A DNA stretch of 64,000 nt from Eledone cirrhosa (lineage: Eukaryota): assembly GCA_964016885.1 (NCBI GenBank), contig OZ024741.1, positions 393,018,001-393,082,000 of the forward strand. Direction: 5' to 3'. Every line of letters begins with the position of its first letter. The stretch's first letter is position 1. Position numbers and translations under genes: made by a program. Below are positions 31,292 through 44,229 of this stretch, in pieces. The notes under the pieces were generated by a model, which was given only the letters and a program-made list of their open reading frames with translations, did not search any database and was not told where the DNA came from.

Positions 31292-32221
31292 TATGGGATT
31301 AATAAATCTGTGCTACTCGATTGAACCGTTGAAAATATATAGTATTTTCTGCAGAAAACATCGGCTGATTAAGCTCATTTGCATACCGAGCGATTTTATG
31401 GCTGGCCTTGCCGAAAATTAGAATTTCATTTCTCGCTCTAACATAGCAGACTACATAAATGTAAGTAGAAAAACTATATCAGAATCTCAAAGGGGAGTAG
31501 AGACAGATTTATAAGATTAAATGCCAGGCGTGAAAGCAAAGTGTAGCTCAATGCTTATTCATGCGATTTTAATAAGCTTAGCGAAAGGCAGAGTTAGTGC
31601 TTAAGAAGAGTTAGAGTTCAATTAGGATATAAGCAAAGCATTTATAATCATACTTTCAAATAGGAGAATCAAGTTACACATATAAAATATGCTTATTTAT
31701 TTACAATTGTTTCATATGCCAAATATTTTAATGGTGCAATTTGAAAATGGAGGGATCACTCTAAACATTTAACATGAAATCACCGATATATTTATATTTG
31801 TACATACTCGTCAGAAGTAAACAAATATTAACAAGAATATCAGTTTAGAAATAACCATTACTTCAAGAATGAGGAAGAACAAAATGCATATATAAAACAC
31901 ATTCTAATATTGAAACTAAAGATATTATAATTCGAAATAAAAGATAGTACACACAGCTAATTATAACATTTAAAATATTATATATTTATTTTACTGCAAA
32001 GTCTAATACCATTAGGTGAGACTATTGCAATAACTGAAATTATAATCAAATATCTGCATAATAATATATTACTTTTAATTTTAAGCTAACAAAAAGAAAA
32101 ACACAGATCTATATAAATAGTACAAGAGAATTATGTTCAATTTAAATCGAATAATAATACACAACCATTAAATACATCTAACCAAAACAACCAAAATAAC
32201 ATTTCAAATAATAATATCAAT

Positions 32222-32590
32222 ATTTCAGCGCATCAGCCTCGCCATCACCCGAGGCAACGCTGCGAGTGTGCTGGCTTGCCTCAAAAATCATTATAGAGGT
32301 TGCCCAGTACTCCTCGCGACGTTGCTGTCTTTTGCTCTGGTGTTGACTCCGTTATTCATCCCTTCCTTTACATTTTCTTTAATATTGTAACATTAAAAGA
32401 ATATATCTTTCTGAAAGAATCGCGAGCTATTTATAATGTTGTCTAAGCATTTGTAATGTTATTTATGTATATATTTAAAACATATTTGTTATGTTATTCT
32501 ACTGTAATTTTATTTATATGCTCTCTTTATATTTTCATTCTGAAAGAATTGCAAACGATTTGTAATGTATTTATGAAATAAATAACTTTA
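32222..32590 (+). mobile_element. CRE-clade non-LTR element 3' end
   Basis: FQRISLAITRGNAASVLACL (end of the restriction-like endonuclease) followed by an AT-rich UTR. Confidence 0.7.
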
Positions 32591-32676
32591 TATATCAATA
32601 AGCCGCTACTTGTCACTATTAATAACCAAAACATTACTTTATATTAACACACACAATATTATGATATTGCATTTTA

Positions 32677-32815
32677 TAATTGTTTCTACTTTTGGCACAA
32701 GGCCAGCAATTATCCCAGCGTATTACTGGTACTTTATTTTATCGACCCCGTAAGGATGAAAGGCAAAGTTAACCTCGGCGGGATTTAAACTCAGACCATG
32801 AAAGGCCGTAACTTG
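32677..32815 (-). mobile_element. SINE family 1, 5'-truncated
   Basis: Reverse complement of the SINE body. Confidence 0.8.
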
Positions 32816-32879
32816 CTGCAATATTATTTAATATTATTAAATATTGCATTTAATAATATTAATCCTTCATATTAACTCT

Positions 32880-33280
32880 ATAATTAATCCAAATTGTAAC
32901 TGTAGAAATAAAACATTATGCCCACTTGACTGTAATTGTTTAACTGATAATATAGTATATGGTTGCACAGTTAATACATCTCGATGTTCTAAACTATACA
33001 TAGTTTCAAAAGAAAATTTAATTCTCATCATTCTTTTAGAAAACCCAAAACATTAGCTAGCGCTATCTGGGAATGGAAAAACTAAGAATTTACCCTACAC
33101 ATTGAATTAGAATATATTAGGTAGATCCTCAGCCTATAAACCAAGTAATAGAATTTGTCGATTATGTCTCCTTGAATCTCAGCTCATCATTAAATCCAAA
33201 TCTAACCTCTTAAATAGGAAATCTGAAATCTCCACTTGCCTACATAAAGACCTACAACCGTTCATTATCATAAACTCAAT
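32880..33280 (+). mobile_element. Penelope GIY-YIG fragment
   Basis: CNCRNKTLCPLDCNCLTDNIVY...ICRLCLLES...LLNRKSEI. Confidence 0.8.
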
Positions 33281-33366
33281 ACTGGATAATTAACAACAAT
33301 ATGCTTCAACTATTGCTTAATTCTATATTGAATTCATAATAATGTAATAATCGATCAATATTTTTT

Positions 33367-33723
33367 CGCGGTGGATTAGGAGTATCGGTAGAGAGTCGGA
33401 CGCCATGCTTTGACGCATAGAGTTACGGCCCTTGCCATTCTGAGTTCAAATCCCGCCGAGGTTAACTTTGCCTTTCATCCTTACGGGGTCGATAAAATAA
33501 AGTACCAGTAATGCGCTGGGATAATTGCTGGCTTTGTGCCAAACAGTAGAAACAATTATTTTTTCGAGCGTCGGACGCCATGCTTTGCAGCATAGTTACG
33601 TCCCTTTACGGTCTGAGTTCAAATCCCGTCGAGGTTAACTTTGCCTTTCATCCTTACGGAGTCGATAAAATAAATTACCAGTAATGCACTGGAATAATTG
33701 CTGGCCTCGTGTAGAAACAATTA
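33367..33723 (+). mobile_element. Two tandem SINE family 1 copies (second is 5'-truncated)
   Basis: 33367-33556 and 33566-33723. Confidence 0.85.
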
Positions 33724-33830
33724 TTTTTTCTGATTTAAATAGGATATCTGATACATATATATACTTAACAGAATATATTTATTTATTTAATACAGTATAT
33801 TATCGTATCTGAAAATCTGGTCGGGGGTGA

Positions 33831-34133
33831 TGTAGTGACCTACATTCCGCAGGCTCACATACATTCTCTGTGCGTGATTTGGCTCAGTTCAGCCAATCAG
33901 CGCCAGTAGAAGAGGATGTATCCCTACGCGCCCTGAGGAAGAAATTCCCCGCGAAGATTTGAAGAATCTCTCTCTTGTACCGGAAGCTTCAAGCCAGCAA
34001 CACGCATAATGTAACGGTGAGATCTTGCACCCTAGCCTCGCCGGCTTAACGGCGCAATGGCACATTCCCTTTTGTAACCTCTTTTTATCCGTAACTTCAA
34101 CCATATAAGTTAACAAACATTGTTTGTACTACA
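33831..34133 (+). mobile_element. LTR of an LTR retrotransposon (probably a 3' LTR)
   Basis: TGTAGT...ACTACA termini (inversion extends to TGATGTAGT/ACTACATCA), preceded by a G-rich PPT-like tract ggtcgggggtga; internal CCAAT box; no target-site duplication seen. Confidence 0.65.
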
Positions 34134-34429
34134 TCAAAAAATAAACATACATTTCATCTCTAATTACTGCTGTTGAAATCATTATTATGTTACTCGTGTC
34201 TCAATAACATCTATAACTAATACTGCTAAATACTCTATAATTTTAACACCGGTATACTCCCGTGGATTCCTTACCCTGAGGTAAATTTGAAAATATATTA
34301 TATTTATATTATTATATTTTCCTTATTCCTTTTTACATCTAATTAAATATTATTGATTATTTAATAATCATTATAGTCTAGATATCTCTTTAATAATATA
34401 TACATATTTTCTATGTTAATTCTGCAGTC

Positions 34430-36000
34430 TGCCTCCTGGCAACATATCCATGCATGATTTTTTTTTGCTGAATTCACTGCAGTTTCCCTGTGTGTGAGTT
34501 TTTGATTATCATGCAGGGAGTGTCTTTTAAGGCGTTCCTTGATTAGGTCGGTAGTTTTCTGCCAAGTGTGTATCTTTGTTCTTGGGACCAATATTGATTG
34601 TGCTAGTGTCAACCACCCTGGTATATGTGCATCTACCTTGAAAACTTGTTGGTAGAGGTCGATAAGATACAATATAAGTTTTTTACTAGTAGCCGTCAAT
34701 CAACTCTCTTCCTGGTGTTTTCTTATCTTAGAGTTTTCCTATCACAGTCTCAAGGGTATCATCATTTATTCTATCTTTTTGTTGTAGTGGAGGAGCAATA
34801 GTTCTTTTGGATTTCCTTTAGCCATACTGCATCTTCTTTTCACTCCATACTCTTCTTTTCACTCCATAGTTTTCTCCAGAAGGAATCTATGTCTTTCTGG
34901 GATGGGACCTCAGTGACATATATTACTTTGCCCTTCATATCTCTATAGACTGGTATTTGGTTTCGTCTGAATCTTTTATTAAGTACTTTTCTTTAATCTA
35001 CGTTTCTCGCTGACAGCTCTCAATTCTTTGATGAGAATGATCAGCTTATATTGAAGAGTTCTAGTTGTACTGTCACCAAACACGTTTCTATTTTATTTTT
35101 CACTCTTTGTTGGTGAGGAGTGAAGTTTTTTTTTGTTTTTGTTTGCATGTAATGAACATTGTCACATATCCTATAGTTTTTCGTAGGTTAGTAATCTTTT
35201 TTCTACTTTTGTAATATATGGTGGTATTTTTAGTGATGTTTTGTTTTGTTATCACCAAGATAATGCTTCACTGTCGTTGCCAGGCATATAAACAAGCGTT
35301 GATTTGCCAAAATGTAAGGGTTTGAATTTGTTGTAAATATTCACCCGCAATTTCATCAATAGCATGCAGGGTTCCATTATTTGTTTTCATTTTGTTTAGT
35401 ACTGTTGTTATATTACGTTCCACCAGAGAAATGTTTATAGTATAAATTTCTCTCTGGAAAGTTTCGCTGAGAATATATTTCAATTGTTTATACCCTTGAT
35501 TGACCAAGCTAATGGCAGATGTATTATTATTAACAGTGTTTTTCACAACAGTCGAGGTAGAATCAGTTGATACACGTGGTTTCAAATTTCTTACCGGCAT
35601 AGTTATTTCATGGGACTGTTCAAGTATTTCTGTTGTTTGTTGATGTTCTGCCTGGCTGCTAGAAAGTCTAGTAGAGTGGCAGCCTGTAGCACGTGTTGTT
35701 GACTGCATGTTTGTTCTGGGGGACTTACAATTAATAATGTTCATGTTATTTTTATGTTCAACAAATGTCGCTTGTTGGTGTAATTGTTTGGTTGTGAAGT
35801 GGCTGAGCTTTGGGTGTATTTCGTCCCAGTATAGCTTCATTCTGTTCAAATAGCCAACAGAAGGGTCTTTGTTTTGCCATTTTATAACAATAAATCATTA
35901 TTAAGTTCGTAACTCCAAGAAAAATGTGATTTTTCTTGTTGTTGTTTTTTTCCTCGGTTTTTCACTAATGTTGTTTTTATCTTCATCCATGCTGCTTGTA
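34430..36000 (-). mobile_element. Degenerate R4/Dong-like non-LTR retrotransposon 5' part
   Basis: GYLNRMKLYWDEIHPKLSHFTTKQL and IPGWLTLAQSILVP resemble the R4/Dong ORF; many stops and frameshifts. Confidence 0.6.
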
Positions 36001-36562
36001 GCAAATCCTTGTAGTTAGTATTTAGTCAGATATCTCTACAAATTCGAATAAAATGTGCCTTCAGTGGGTATAGTTAGAAGAATACCCAGTGTGGGAGATA
36101 GTATTCATCTCAAATTTAATTAATAGTCTCCCACACCAAAATGTACGACTGGTCGCGTTGATTGTATGTATGTATGTATGGAAATACTCGGTTTGTTGCC
36201 CGAGCACTCGGTTAGCCCACAGGGCGGGAGAGACCCCTAATTCATCTTAGGAAATCGTTCTAGGAAAAAGAAAACTCTGACGTAAAACCTGCGACTTGAT
36301 CGCAACCAATGATGTTGACCTGTTTGGATACCTGTCACCGTTGTTCAGCGGAGAGTAGGATTAGTCCAGTGCAAGACCTTTCTTCACTTAAAAGAGTTTC
36401 AAGTACAGACACCACTTGATCTAAACAACTTTCACGTGTTGTGTGAACATGGCCTTTTCTTTTTTCTTTCACTGCAGCATATACAACAAGGAATCTAAGT
36501 CCTTGCAAGGGCTAAAAGGTCATGCTCGGGCCACACATCTATAAGAAACCGAGATGCAACCA

Positions 36563-36593
<31 letters not shown>

Positions 36594-37199
36594 TGTATGT
36601 ATGTATGTATGTATGTATGTTATCTCTTTCTCTTAATTTCGAGTATATTTTTTTTGACCGGCCACCTTCCTGGTGGCAAGGTTGTAAAAGAAAAGAAATT
36701 GTCATCCCTTGAATCGCAAGAATGTTTTGCAAATTTTGAAGGTGCCAGCTATCGCAGCCATTTGTAGACTATGAATTAGGGAGCTGCGCTTTTTGTCCGC
36801 AAATCCAAGTTCAGTCATACTTTGGTCCAAGTGGGTTGGTATATAACCCGTAGCTCCAATAATGATGGGTATGAAGCTAAAGTTGTATCTTGGATACTGG
36901 ATTTGTAAACTCCTATGTATGTATGTATGTATGTATGTATGTATGTATGTATGTGTGTGTGTATGTATGTATACATGTAGTGACTAACGGTAACAGCATG
37001 AATCAACTAATGAAAAATTGTCGTACTCTTTCGTTTGATCGTTCTATCTCTCTGAAAAATCTCAGATGGATGTTGCTTCTTGGTCCCAGAATTGCAAAGA
37101 TGTTATTCCGGAAGATAGCAAGGGTGATCGGAAACGTTACAAGTAAAAAACAGTGGAACTGTAGTACGTTAAGTAGTTTAATAGTCTAGAAAACAAATA

Positions 37200-37680
37200 A
37201 TTCTATAGATTCCTCGATTCGATATACTTAACTTCTATCCCTTCCCTGGAATTTCCTAAAACATTCACCAATATTAACGATTTCAAAACCAAGATTATAG
37301 TGAACACCGGGAAAACACCGTTATATAATAGTACTTTCTATTGAGATTAAATAGAGAGCGACTTCTTATTCGGCTTTCTGTGGGAATCTAAGACGCTGTA
37401 GAAATATTTGATCTCGGAGAACTTTTTATTTTAAATATTTTCAACAGACGAAACACTTCCATATCTCCAGAGAGTTTATCAATTTCGTACAACATAAATG
37501 ACCAGATAGATAGACTTAAAAGAGAGCTGATACGAATAGGTAAAGAATTCAATTCTAACATCACTATTATCTTTTCATATATTAGTTTATATCTGAGTAT
37601 TACAGACAAACACGACCCCTATAAAAAGCCACCCTATAACTCCAATCATAATAAAGAACATCACAGAGGGCAAAAGTAAA
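37200..37680 (+). mobile_element. Highly degraded Penelope RT fragment
   Basis: FDILNFYPS...DAVEIFDLGELFILN...IDRLKRELIRIGKEFN.NITI...PYKKP aligns by eye with the 23380-23931 RT. Confidence 0.6.
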
Positions 37681-38059
37681 TCATTTCCTCCCTATTAACA
37701 GTGCAAGATGTTAATGGAATTAATATAGGTGGCGAAATTTTATAAAAGATTTTATTTAAAAAATCATGTCATTCCGAAAGAAGAACACTTTCAACAGTTT
37801 AAGCGTAACATTAATGACATCGGTCTCTCCGATCTCAGAATATTTGTGGAGGCAATGAAAACTGACTCTGTCTTCCTCCTCCAGACATACCAAATAATAT
37901 TTCATTAATTTTTTTGACTGGCTTCAGTCATCAGACTGCGGTTATGCTGGGGCGACACCTCGAGTAAATGGATCAAATCGCCCAAGTACATTTTTTTAAA
38001 GTCAGGTACTAATTTTATCGATAGTTTGCTGACAATTCCTGGTATTTTAGAATTTTATT

Positions 38060-38430
38060 CCGTTCGGCTACGAGTGCAATGACCTTCAACTTCGCCGCAA
38101 CATCTAGAAATGGAAATGAGCAAAAGAGACGCTAACTGTGAGACAAAAAGTTAAACCACCAGTCCTCTTCTCATTAAATTTAGACAATCCGTCTGATTCT
38201 AGAATTGGGAGTATGCTGAATATAGCCAAGGCCCTCATGATTCAACTTGGTATGACGAGCGACGTGACTTGCATTCAGATAGCAAGACAATCCATGAAGA
38301 TTCGTGAAGTCAACGGGCCTGCCATAACATTTATAACCACCATATAGATCGGCTCCGATTCTGGATGCAGTAGCGATGTGGAGCTCATCAAGACTGAGTA
38401 GGTCACCGTGCAAAGTATCGACCCACTCTC
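38060..38430 (-). mobile_element. CRE-clade fragment (zinc knuckle and restriction-like endonuclease region)
   Basis: GDLLSLDELHIATASRIGADL...C...LHGLSC...ARHTKLN. Confidence 0.7.
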
Positions 38431-39323
38431 CGAAAATTTAACACTGGTTTTAAATAAAACACAAATATGCTATGAAGCTGTTTTATGGTGTCATCAACAA
38501 TGTTTACGGTTAACAATTAATATGGAAGAGTGATAGAAAAAACATAGAAACTCTTGCTTATGATATTATCGATATCATCGCACATTGATATATCAACTGG
38601 CTAAGGCCATGGGGATTATTTCTGTAATTATTTATCTTTTTGCTTCAAGCATTTCTCCGTGTTTTGTGTGTGTTTCTAGTGTCTTCTTTTAGTTAAACCC
38701 TTTACCATAAACCTTGCTTCAGGTTTTGTCTTTCTTGTAGTCATTTCGTAACACTGACTTCTTTTGTGGTAATTTTCGTTCCTCTATCACTGAGAACGTT
38801 TATTTTACTTTAAAAAATACATGTATAATCTAAAACACCAAATGACATACTACCATTCTCTCACCTTATCCACTTCTCTCTTCCCTTATTTCTAACTCTT
38901 TCACGTCTTCTCTCTCTTTCATTATTCTTACTCATTCATTCGCATACGTCATTATTCTTCTCTTCCTCTCCTTTTTCTCTCTCTTTCTCACTCTTTATCT
39001 AAATATATACAGTTCCTTTTCTTTTTTTATCCCAATCAAAATCTACCTCCACATTTTCTTTTCTTTTTCCAACGTCTTCCCATCCCCCTTTACCTTTCAA
39101 TATCATATGCGAATCTCTCTCTCTCTCTCTCTCTCTCTCTTTACCTCTCGACCACCCTATATATCTGTTATTTTAATACGTTACTTCTCTGTGGTTTAAA
39201 GAATATTACATTTCATTTCTGACTAATCCACTGACAAAACTTGAACATTAATTAATCTATGAATGTTTGACCTAACGAAGACTATCTAAACTATGTTGAA
39301 AAATGTTAAACATTCATCTTACC

Positions 39324-39557
39324 TTATAAAGGATGTGTCATAGAAGGTAAATTACTTGTGTAGATTCGGTGCTGACTGTAATTACCACGAACTGGTTGCC
39401 AAAAGAAAATATAATAGCCAGTCAAAACAACAGCCAGTGATAGTACAAAACCCATATATAACCCGACCAAAGTTAACTTTTGCATTAAGTTAGAAACATC
39501 TGAAACAGTTTTTCTTTCTTCTGAAATTCCAACACCTATAGCTTTCTTACCCGGCAT
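39324..39557 (-). CDS. Small single-pass membrane protein, InaF-motif-like (paralogue 2), 77 aa
   Basis: ATG in an AAAATATG context, TAA stop. KLTLVGLYMGFVLSLAVVLTGYYIFFWQPV closely resembles the InaF motif. Differences from paralogue 1 in the VRG codons are synonymous (GTG/GTT, CGA/CGT, GGA/GGT). Confidence 0.82.
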   Translation of the reverse strand: MPGKKAIGVGISEERKTVSDVSNLMQKLTLVGLYMGFVLSLAVVLTGYYIFFWQPVRGNYSQHRIYTSNLPSMTHPL

Positions 39558-40454
39558 ATTTTATTTGAGCGTGTACTCAGACTGACACAATTACGACGGC
39601 ATAGAAATATATTTAAAAATAATTTTCACCGTCTTGGCAACTGGCTCATGATGTTTGGATTTATCCCAAGAAATTCGTAATCAGCTTTGAATTATCATTA
39701 TAATCTCTTTACCAATGAATATAAAAGAGTTATTAAATATTGCATTATTGAAACAATTCCAAATATAGAAGAAAATTCATATCATAAAACTATTACATAC
39801 TATATGGGCTTATATTCTTGAATACCTGTAACGCATACGACAATCTATACCTTCTTTATCATTTACAACAAGACATTTCTATATGAAAAAGCTTTGTCAA
39901 TAATTAATTGCATTAAACCGGCTACCAAGCTACCTCAATCAACTGAAATATATCAATGAAGGTACCACAATAAAGTAGCTGAAGCTGCTATAAATAATAA
40001 TTAAATCACCATCAAATAACATGCTTTAAAAATGGAAGAGCTCATTACATAATATAGTCCAAGATACCCATAAAAGACAGAATAGTTATGTTTACAATGT
40101 CTTTACTCGTAGGACTCTTAAATTAAAATTTACCTGGAGGAAACAACAACGACCCTTAATGTAATATTTGCTCAAATTAAAGGAATGGAGGATTCAGGGA
40201 TAAATTTGACAGTGCGAACTGTGGAGGAGAATAGAGAATAAGTTTTGGGTTATAGGATGGTCTTGGATGGAAGGATAGAAAGAATGAGCAGCATTTGGCA
40301 GCACAATGAAGCTGAATTCACTTTGGGGTAGGACAGGGCAGAGTCAGGGATGTGAATGGTGGTAGACTCATTGGGTGTGGGAAATATTATGGTAGGAAAT
40401 ATTATGGTAGGGAGTAACAAATAGATGGAAGAGCCAGCCTAAGTGTTATTACAA

Positions 40455-41520
40455 CTTTCTGCTTTTTTACGGCCATCTTCTCCATGTTTGTCTCATCACA
40501 AGTGTAGGCATATCCCCAATCATTTTGATCCTTTGATATCTTCTCTGTGAAGTCCAACTTTTTTAGGTCAGCCTTTACAACTTCACCCCATGTTAGGTCT
40601 TTCTCTTCCACAGCTTCCCTCGGTTTCGAGTGCCCTGCTCTTTTTTATGCAGTTCATCTTTCATACACATCATGGGCCATACCAACACAGTCTTTTCTCT
40701 TGTACAATGCATTCAATCCCTCTAATGCCCCGTTTTTCTCTCAGTCCATTAATGCTTTGTCGTTGCACATCCATCAGAACATGCTTGCCTCATTGCTTTC
40801 TAATCTTCATAAATCCTCTGTGTTCAATACCCAAATCTCTCTTCCATACAACATTGCAGCTTGCTCACAAGTATCATATAATCTGCCTTTCACTCTGACA
40901 GAAAAACCCTTTGAGGCCAACAGAGATAGTAGCTCCCTCAACTTTTTCTAGCCTGTTCTCACCCAGGCTACTGTACTTTCCGAACATCCATCTCCATTAC
41001 TAATTTGGTCACCCAGGTAGCAAAATCTGCTAATTATTTCTAGGGAGCCATCTGAACATTTAACAGCCTATTTCATGTGCGCTGTTGCTTGCTATAGCTC
41101 CTGTACATCTGTTACATTTAAAGTATACATTCTTTGTTAGCCTGCTTGAGATCCCACTACATCTCTTGTGTACACATAAGTTACATTTAGTACAGATTGT
41201 AGAATTCCTATCAGCTCATTCTGCATACAGAGCATGGCCATTTTCCTGGTAGAATCAGTGCTCTGTCTTCCTTTTTACTTACTAAATTTCAGTCTAAGCT
41301 GCATTTATGCTGAGGCCTTTTGATTCCAGGTTTTACTTCTGTCTGGAATTTCTACTCTAATTTTGCCATGAATTCAGATGAGAACTAAGTCATCTGTATA
41401 TAAGAGCTCTCACAGGCAGCCAGTTTTAAACTCCTTAGTTATGATCTGAAGGATTATAATAAACAGGAGAGGACTGAGAATTGAGCCTTGGTGTATCCCC
41501 ACTTACACGCTAAATTTGCT
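40455..41520 (-). mobile_element. Degenerate RTE-clade LINE, PHD-insert family
   Basis: VGIHQGSILSPLLF, ELLYTDDL, FCYLGD, LTWGEVVKADL. Confidence 0.85.
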
Positions 41521-41833
41521 GACTGCATCTTTTTAATATTAAATGCTGAATCTTATATACAGTTTATAACAATGGAATTATATTAATCATTGTTAATCTC
41601 ATCTTCTTAGACATAACCATCCATCGTCAACAAATCCGAGAGATTCCATTGCGTGGACATATCGACAAGTGTACCTGGGGAAAGTTTCCCAGTTTTAGAT
41701 TTTTCCAAGTTGTCAATATGCAGATGACATTACAGAACAACAAAGAATAAATAAGGAGAAATTACAAATTAACAGATATTAATCGTATCTAGATGTCTAG
41801 AAATAATATTCCACCAAAAATTTCACGTACCAA

Positions 41834-41843
41834 GTCACGTGAC
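41834..41843. promoter_or_regulatory. Palindromic extended E-box GTCACGTGAC (USF/MiT-TFE/CLEAR type)
   Basis: Perfect 10-bp motif in unique sequence, with a second partial site (TCACGTA) about 12 bp upstream. Confidence 0.35.
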
Positions 41844-41939
41844 TATCATAGTAAAAAATTAAATGAGGTTTATTTACATCAAAAACCTTTGAAGAACGAC
41901 ATGCAGAAAACCAGTGAAAGCTATTACTGTTGATAATTT

Positions 41940-42120
41940 AATACATTTTGGGGGTGGGGAAAGTCGATTAAATTGACTCCAGTGCATGACTGGTACTTTA
42001 TGTTATCGGCCCCGTAAGGAGGAAAGGCAAAGCTAACCTTGGCTAACCTAATTTGAACGCAGGTCGTAAAGGGCCGTAACTCTATGCCACGAAGAATGTT
42101 GTCCGCCGCTCTGCCGATAC
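41940..42120 (-). mobile_element. Older SINE related to family 1
   Basis: tggtactttatgttatcggccccgtaaggaggaaaggcaaag...ttgaac. Confidence 0.7.
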
Positions 42121-42169
42121 TATAATCACATACATGTAAGAACAGAAGAAACAATATAGAAAAGTTAAT

Positions 42170-42520
42170 GTGGTGTGGTAAACAAATATATATATACACC
42201 AGATCCGAACACAATGGAACCAACCTCCCACTGTCACTGCCTCCGTCTCTCCCACTCTCCCCATCTCTCACTATTGTGAGCAAATGGGGCCACACCCATT
42301 GGCCACCCGGCGGTCTCGGCATGCAGAATAGAGAAGGCGTTCCCCCGAACGATGGTGAGGGACACGCGCTGGAAGTGCCATGCCAGTCGAAAAAAGTGGA
42401 GCCAGGCACCGCTGTGGGGTTGTGAGGCTGAGCCGAAACATGCGAGGCGGTGCTGGTCGAGCTGGCGCACTAGCCTATCTAAGGCCATGTCGCACTAGAT
42501 GGCATCCCAATGCTCTGGGA
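42170..42520 (-). mobile_element. CRE-clade element 3' end with internal deletion
   Basis: RLACFGSASQPHSGAWLH joined almost directly to FQRVSLTIVRGNAFSIL. Confidence 0.7.
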
Positions 42521-42749
42521 TTATTATAATTCGTTTGTAAAATTAACATTTGATACTGTTATAAACTTTGGAACTTTAATATTATAGTTATAAACTGATA
42601 TTAGATATACTGTGTTATTTTCGTCTTTATTTTTTCTTTATTATCTTACTTGTGTGGACAGTCACCACTTATTTTTCAATATATATGTGTGTGTGTGTGA
42701 GTGAGCGTGGAAAATGGACGTAAAAACGATGATGATGATGATGATGATG

Positions 42750-43180
42750 ATGATGATATACAGCAAGCGTTTTAAGACTATCTTCCATGTGGGCTTTGTG
42801 ACAAGTTTCCCCAGTTTTCTCTGTTGTCTACATCTCTCATTAATACACTGGCTTTCATTTCCTCTTCCAGCATTTTTAACCAGGTTTTTCTTGGTCATCT
42901 CTTTCCTTTACCTTCTTCCACATTTATTTCCATCACTCTTCTCATTTGTTTCGTGTCATCCTTCCTCAACACATGGCCCAGCCATTTCATTCCATTTCTT
43001 TTCACAGCATTCGTCACTGGATCTATTGTCACCATCCTCTGCAATTCATTGTTTGTCTTCCTCTCACACAGCGATATTCTACTTATTCACTGAAACATTC
43101 TTTCCAGCCTTCTCTGATACTCTGCTTTCATCACCCATGTCTTGCTCCCATAAACCATACATATTCCCCATCAGTTTCAG
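42750..43180 (-). mobile_element. RTE-like LINE 3' fragment
   Basis: Minus strand gives WLGHVLRKDD and RGKGKR..KKNL-like motifs. Confidence 0.55.
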
Positions 43181-43184
43181 TGAC

Positions 43185-43650
43185 CTTCCCGCTCCACACC
43201 TTCCCGCCCACACCTTCCCGCTCCACACCTTCCCGCCTCACACCTTCCCGCCCACACCTTCCCGCTCCACACCTTCCCGCCCACACCTTCCCGCTCCACA
43301 CCTTCCCGCCCACACCTTCCCGCTCCACACCTTCCCGCCCACACCTTCCCGCCTCACACCTTCCCGCCCACACCTTCCCGCTCCACACCTTCCCGCCCAC
43401 ACCTTCCCGCCCACACCTTCCCGCCCACACCTTCCCGCTCCACACCTTCCCGCCCACACCTTCCCGCCCACACCTTCCCGCTCCACACCTTCCCGCTCCA
43501 CACCTTCCCGCCTCACACCTTCCCGCCTCACACCTTCCCGCCCACACCTTCCCGCTCCACACCCTCCACACCTTCCCGCTCCACACCCTCCACACCTTCC
43601 CGCCCACACCTTCCCGCTCCACACCCTCCACACCTTCCCGCTCCACACCA
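43185..43650. repeat. C-rich minisatellite of 13/15-nt units (CACACCTTCCCGC[C/TC/CT])
   Basis: About 30 interspersed unit variants. Confidence 0.9.
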
Positions 43651-44229
43651 TTCCCAAGATCTAGCTCAACTACCTCCGTACATAATTTGCATTTAAATGT
43701 AGCTGCCACATTACGTAATAAAACGTTAATACCGGTACATTTTCAATGCCCCCACCCAATGCATTGTGTACATTTAATGGAGTTCCAACCAACACCCCTT
43801 CTACCCACTGCACCCGACCACTAGGGTGTTTCATATTTGTAGGGAACATTTTATTTTGTTGGAATCACCTCATGTCGATTGCGCCCTGAATTCAGTTCAC
43901 ATAAAAGCTTCACAGGCGAAAACATGAGAAGATGCAAATACATTTAGAGGTTACACTTCAACACTTGTTGATTGTAGCCAGGTACCTCTACACAACCACC
44001 ACTACTACCATTCTAATACCCCCGCCACCGCTAGAATTATAACACCACCACCAGCACTACCATTATAACACTGCCAATGCCATTATTACTCCATCACCTG
44101 TAACACCACCGCCGTCACCTACAACTACATCACCATCACTACAATCGCTCTTGTGTTTTCTCTACTATCATGTCGAATTCGGCGACACAATTTCAGTTGC
44201 TGCAAACAACACTAGCTAGAAAATCTAGG

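Noticed and set aside
37067-37146. Short ORF MDVASWSQNCKDVIPEDSKGDRKRYK after an AG
   Set aside because: Only 26 codons, with no recognisable motif or supporting second copy.
37388-37609. 73-aa minus-strand ORF as a third membrane microprotein
   Set aside because: No YYxxxWxP motif; it is antisense to a degraded Penelope RT.
42168-42488. GC-rich segment as host exon or CpG island
   Set aside because: The minus strand matches CRE retrotransposon motifs (HSGAWL, RGNA).
42714-43824. 316-aa and 292-aa Pro/His-rich ORFs
   Set aside because: Antisense RTE fragment plus a stop-free minisatellite.
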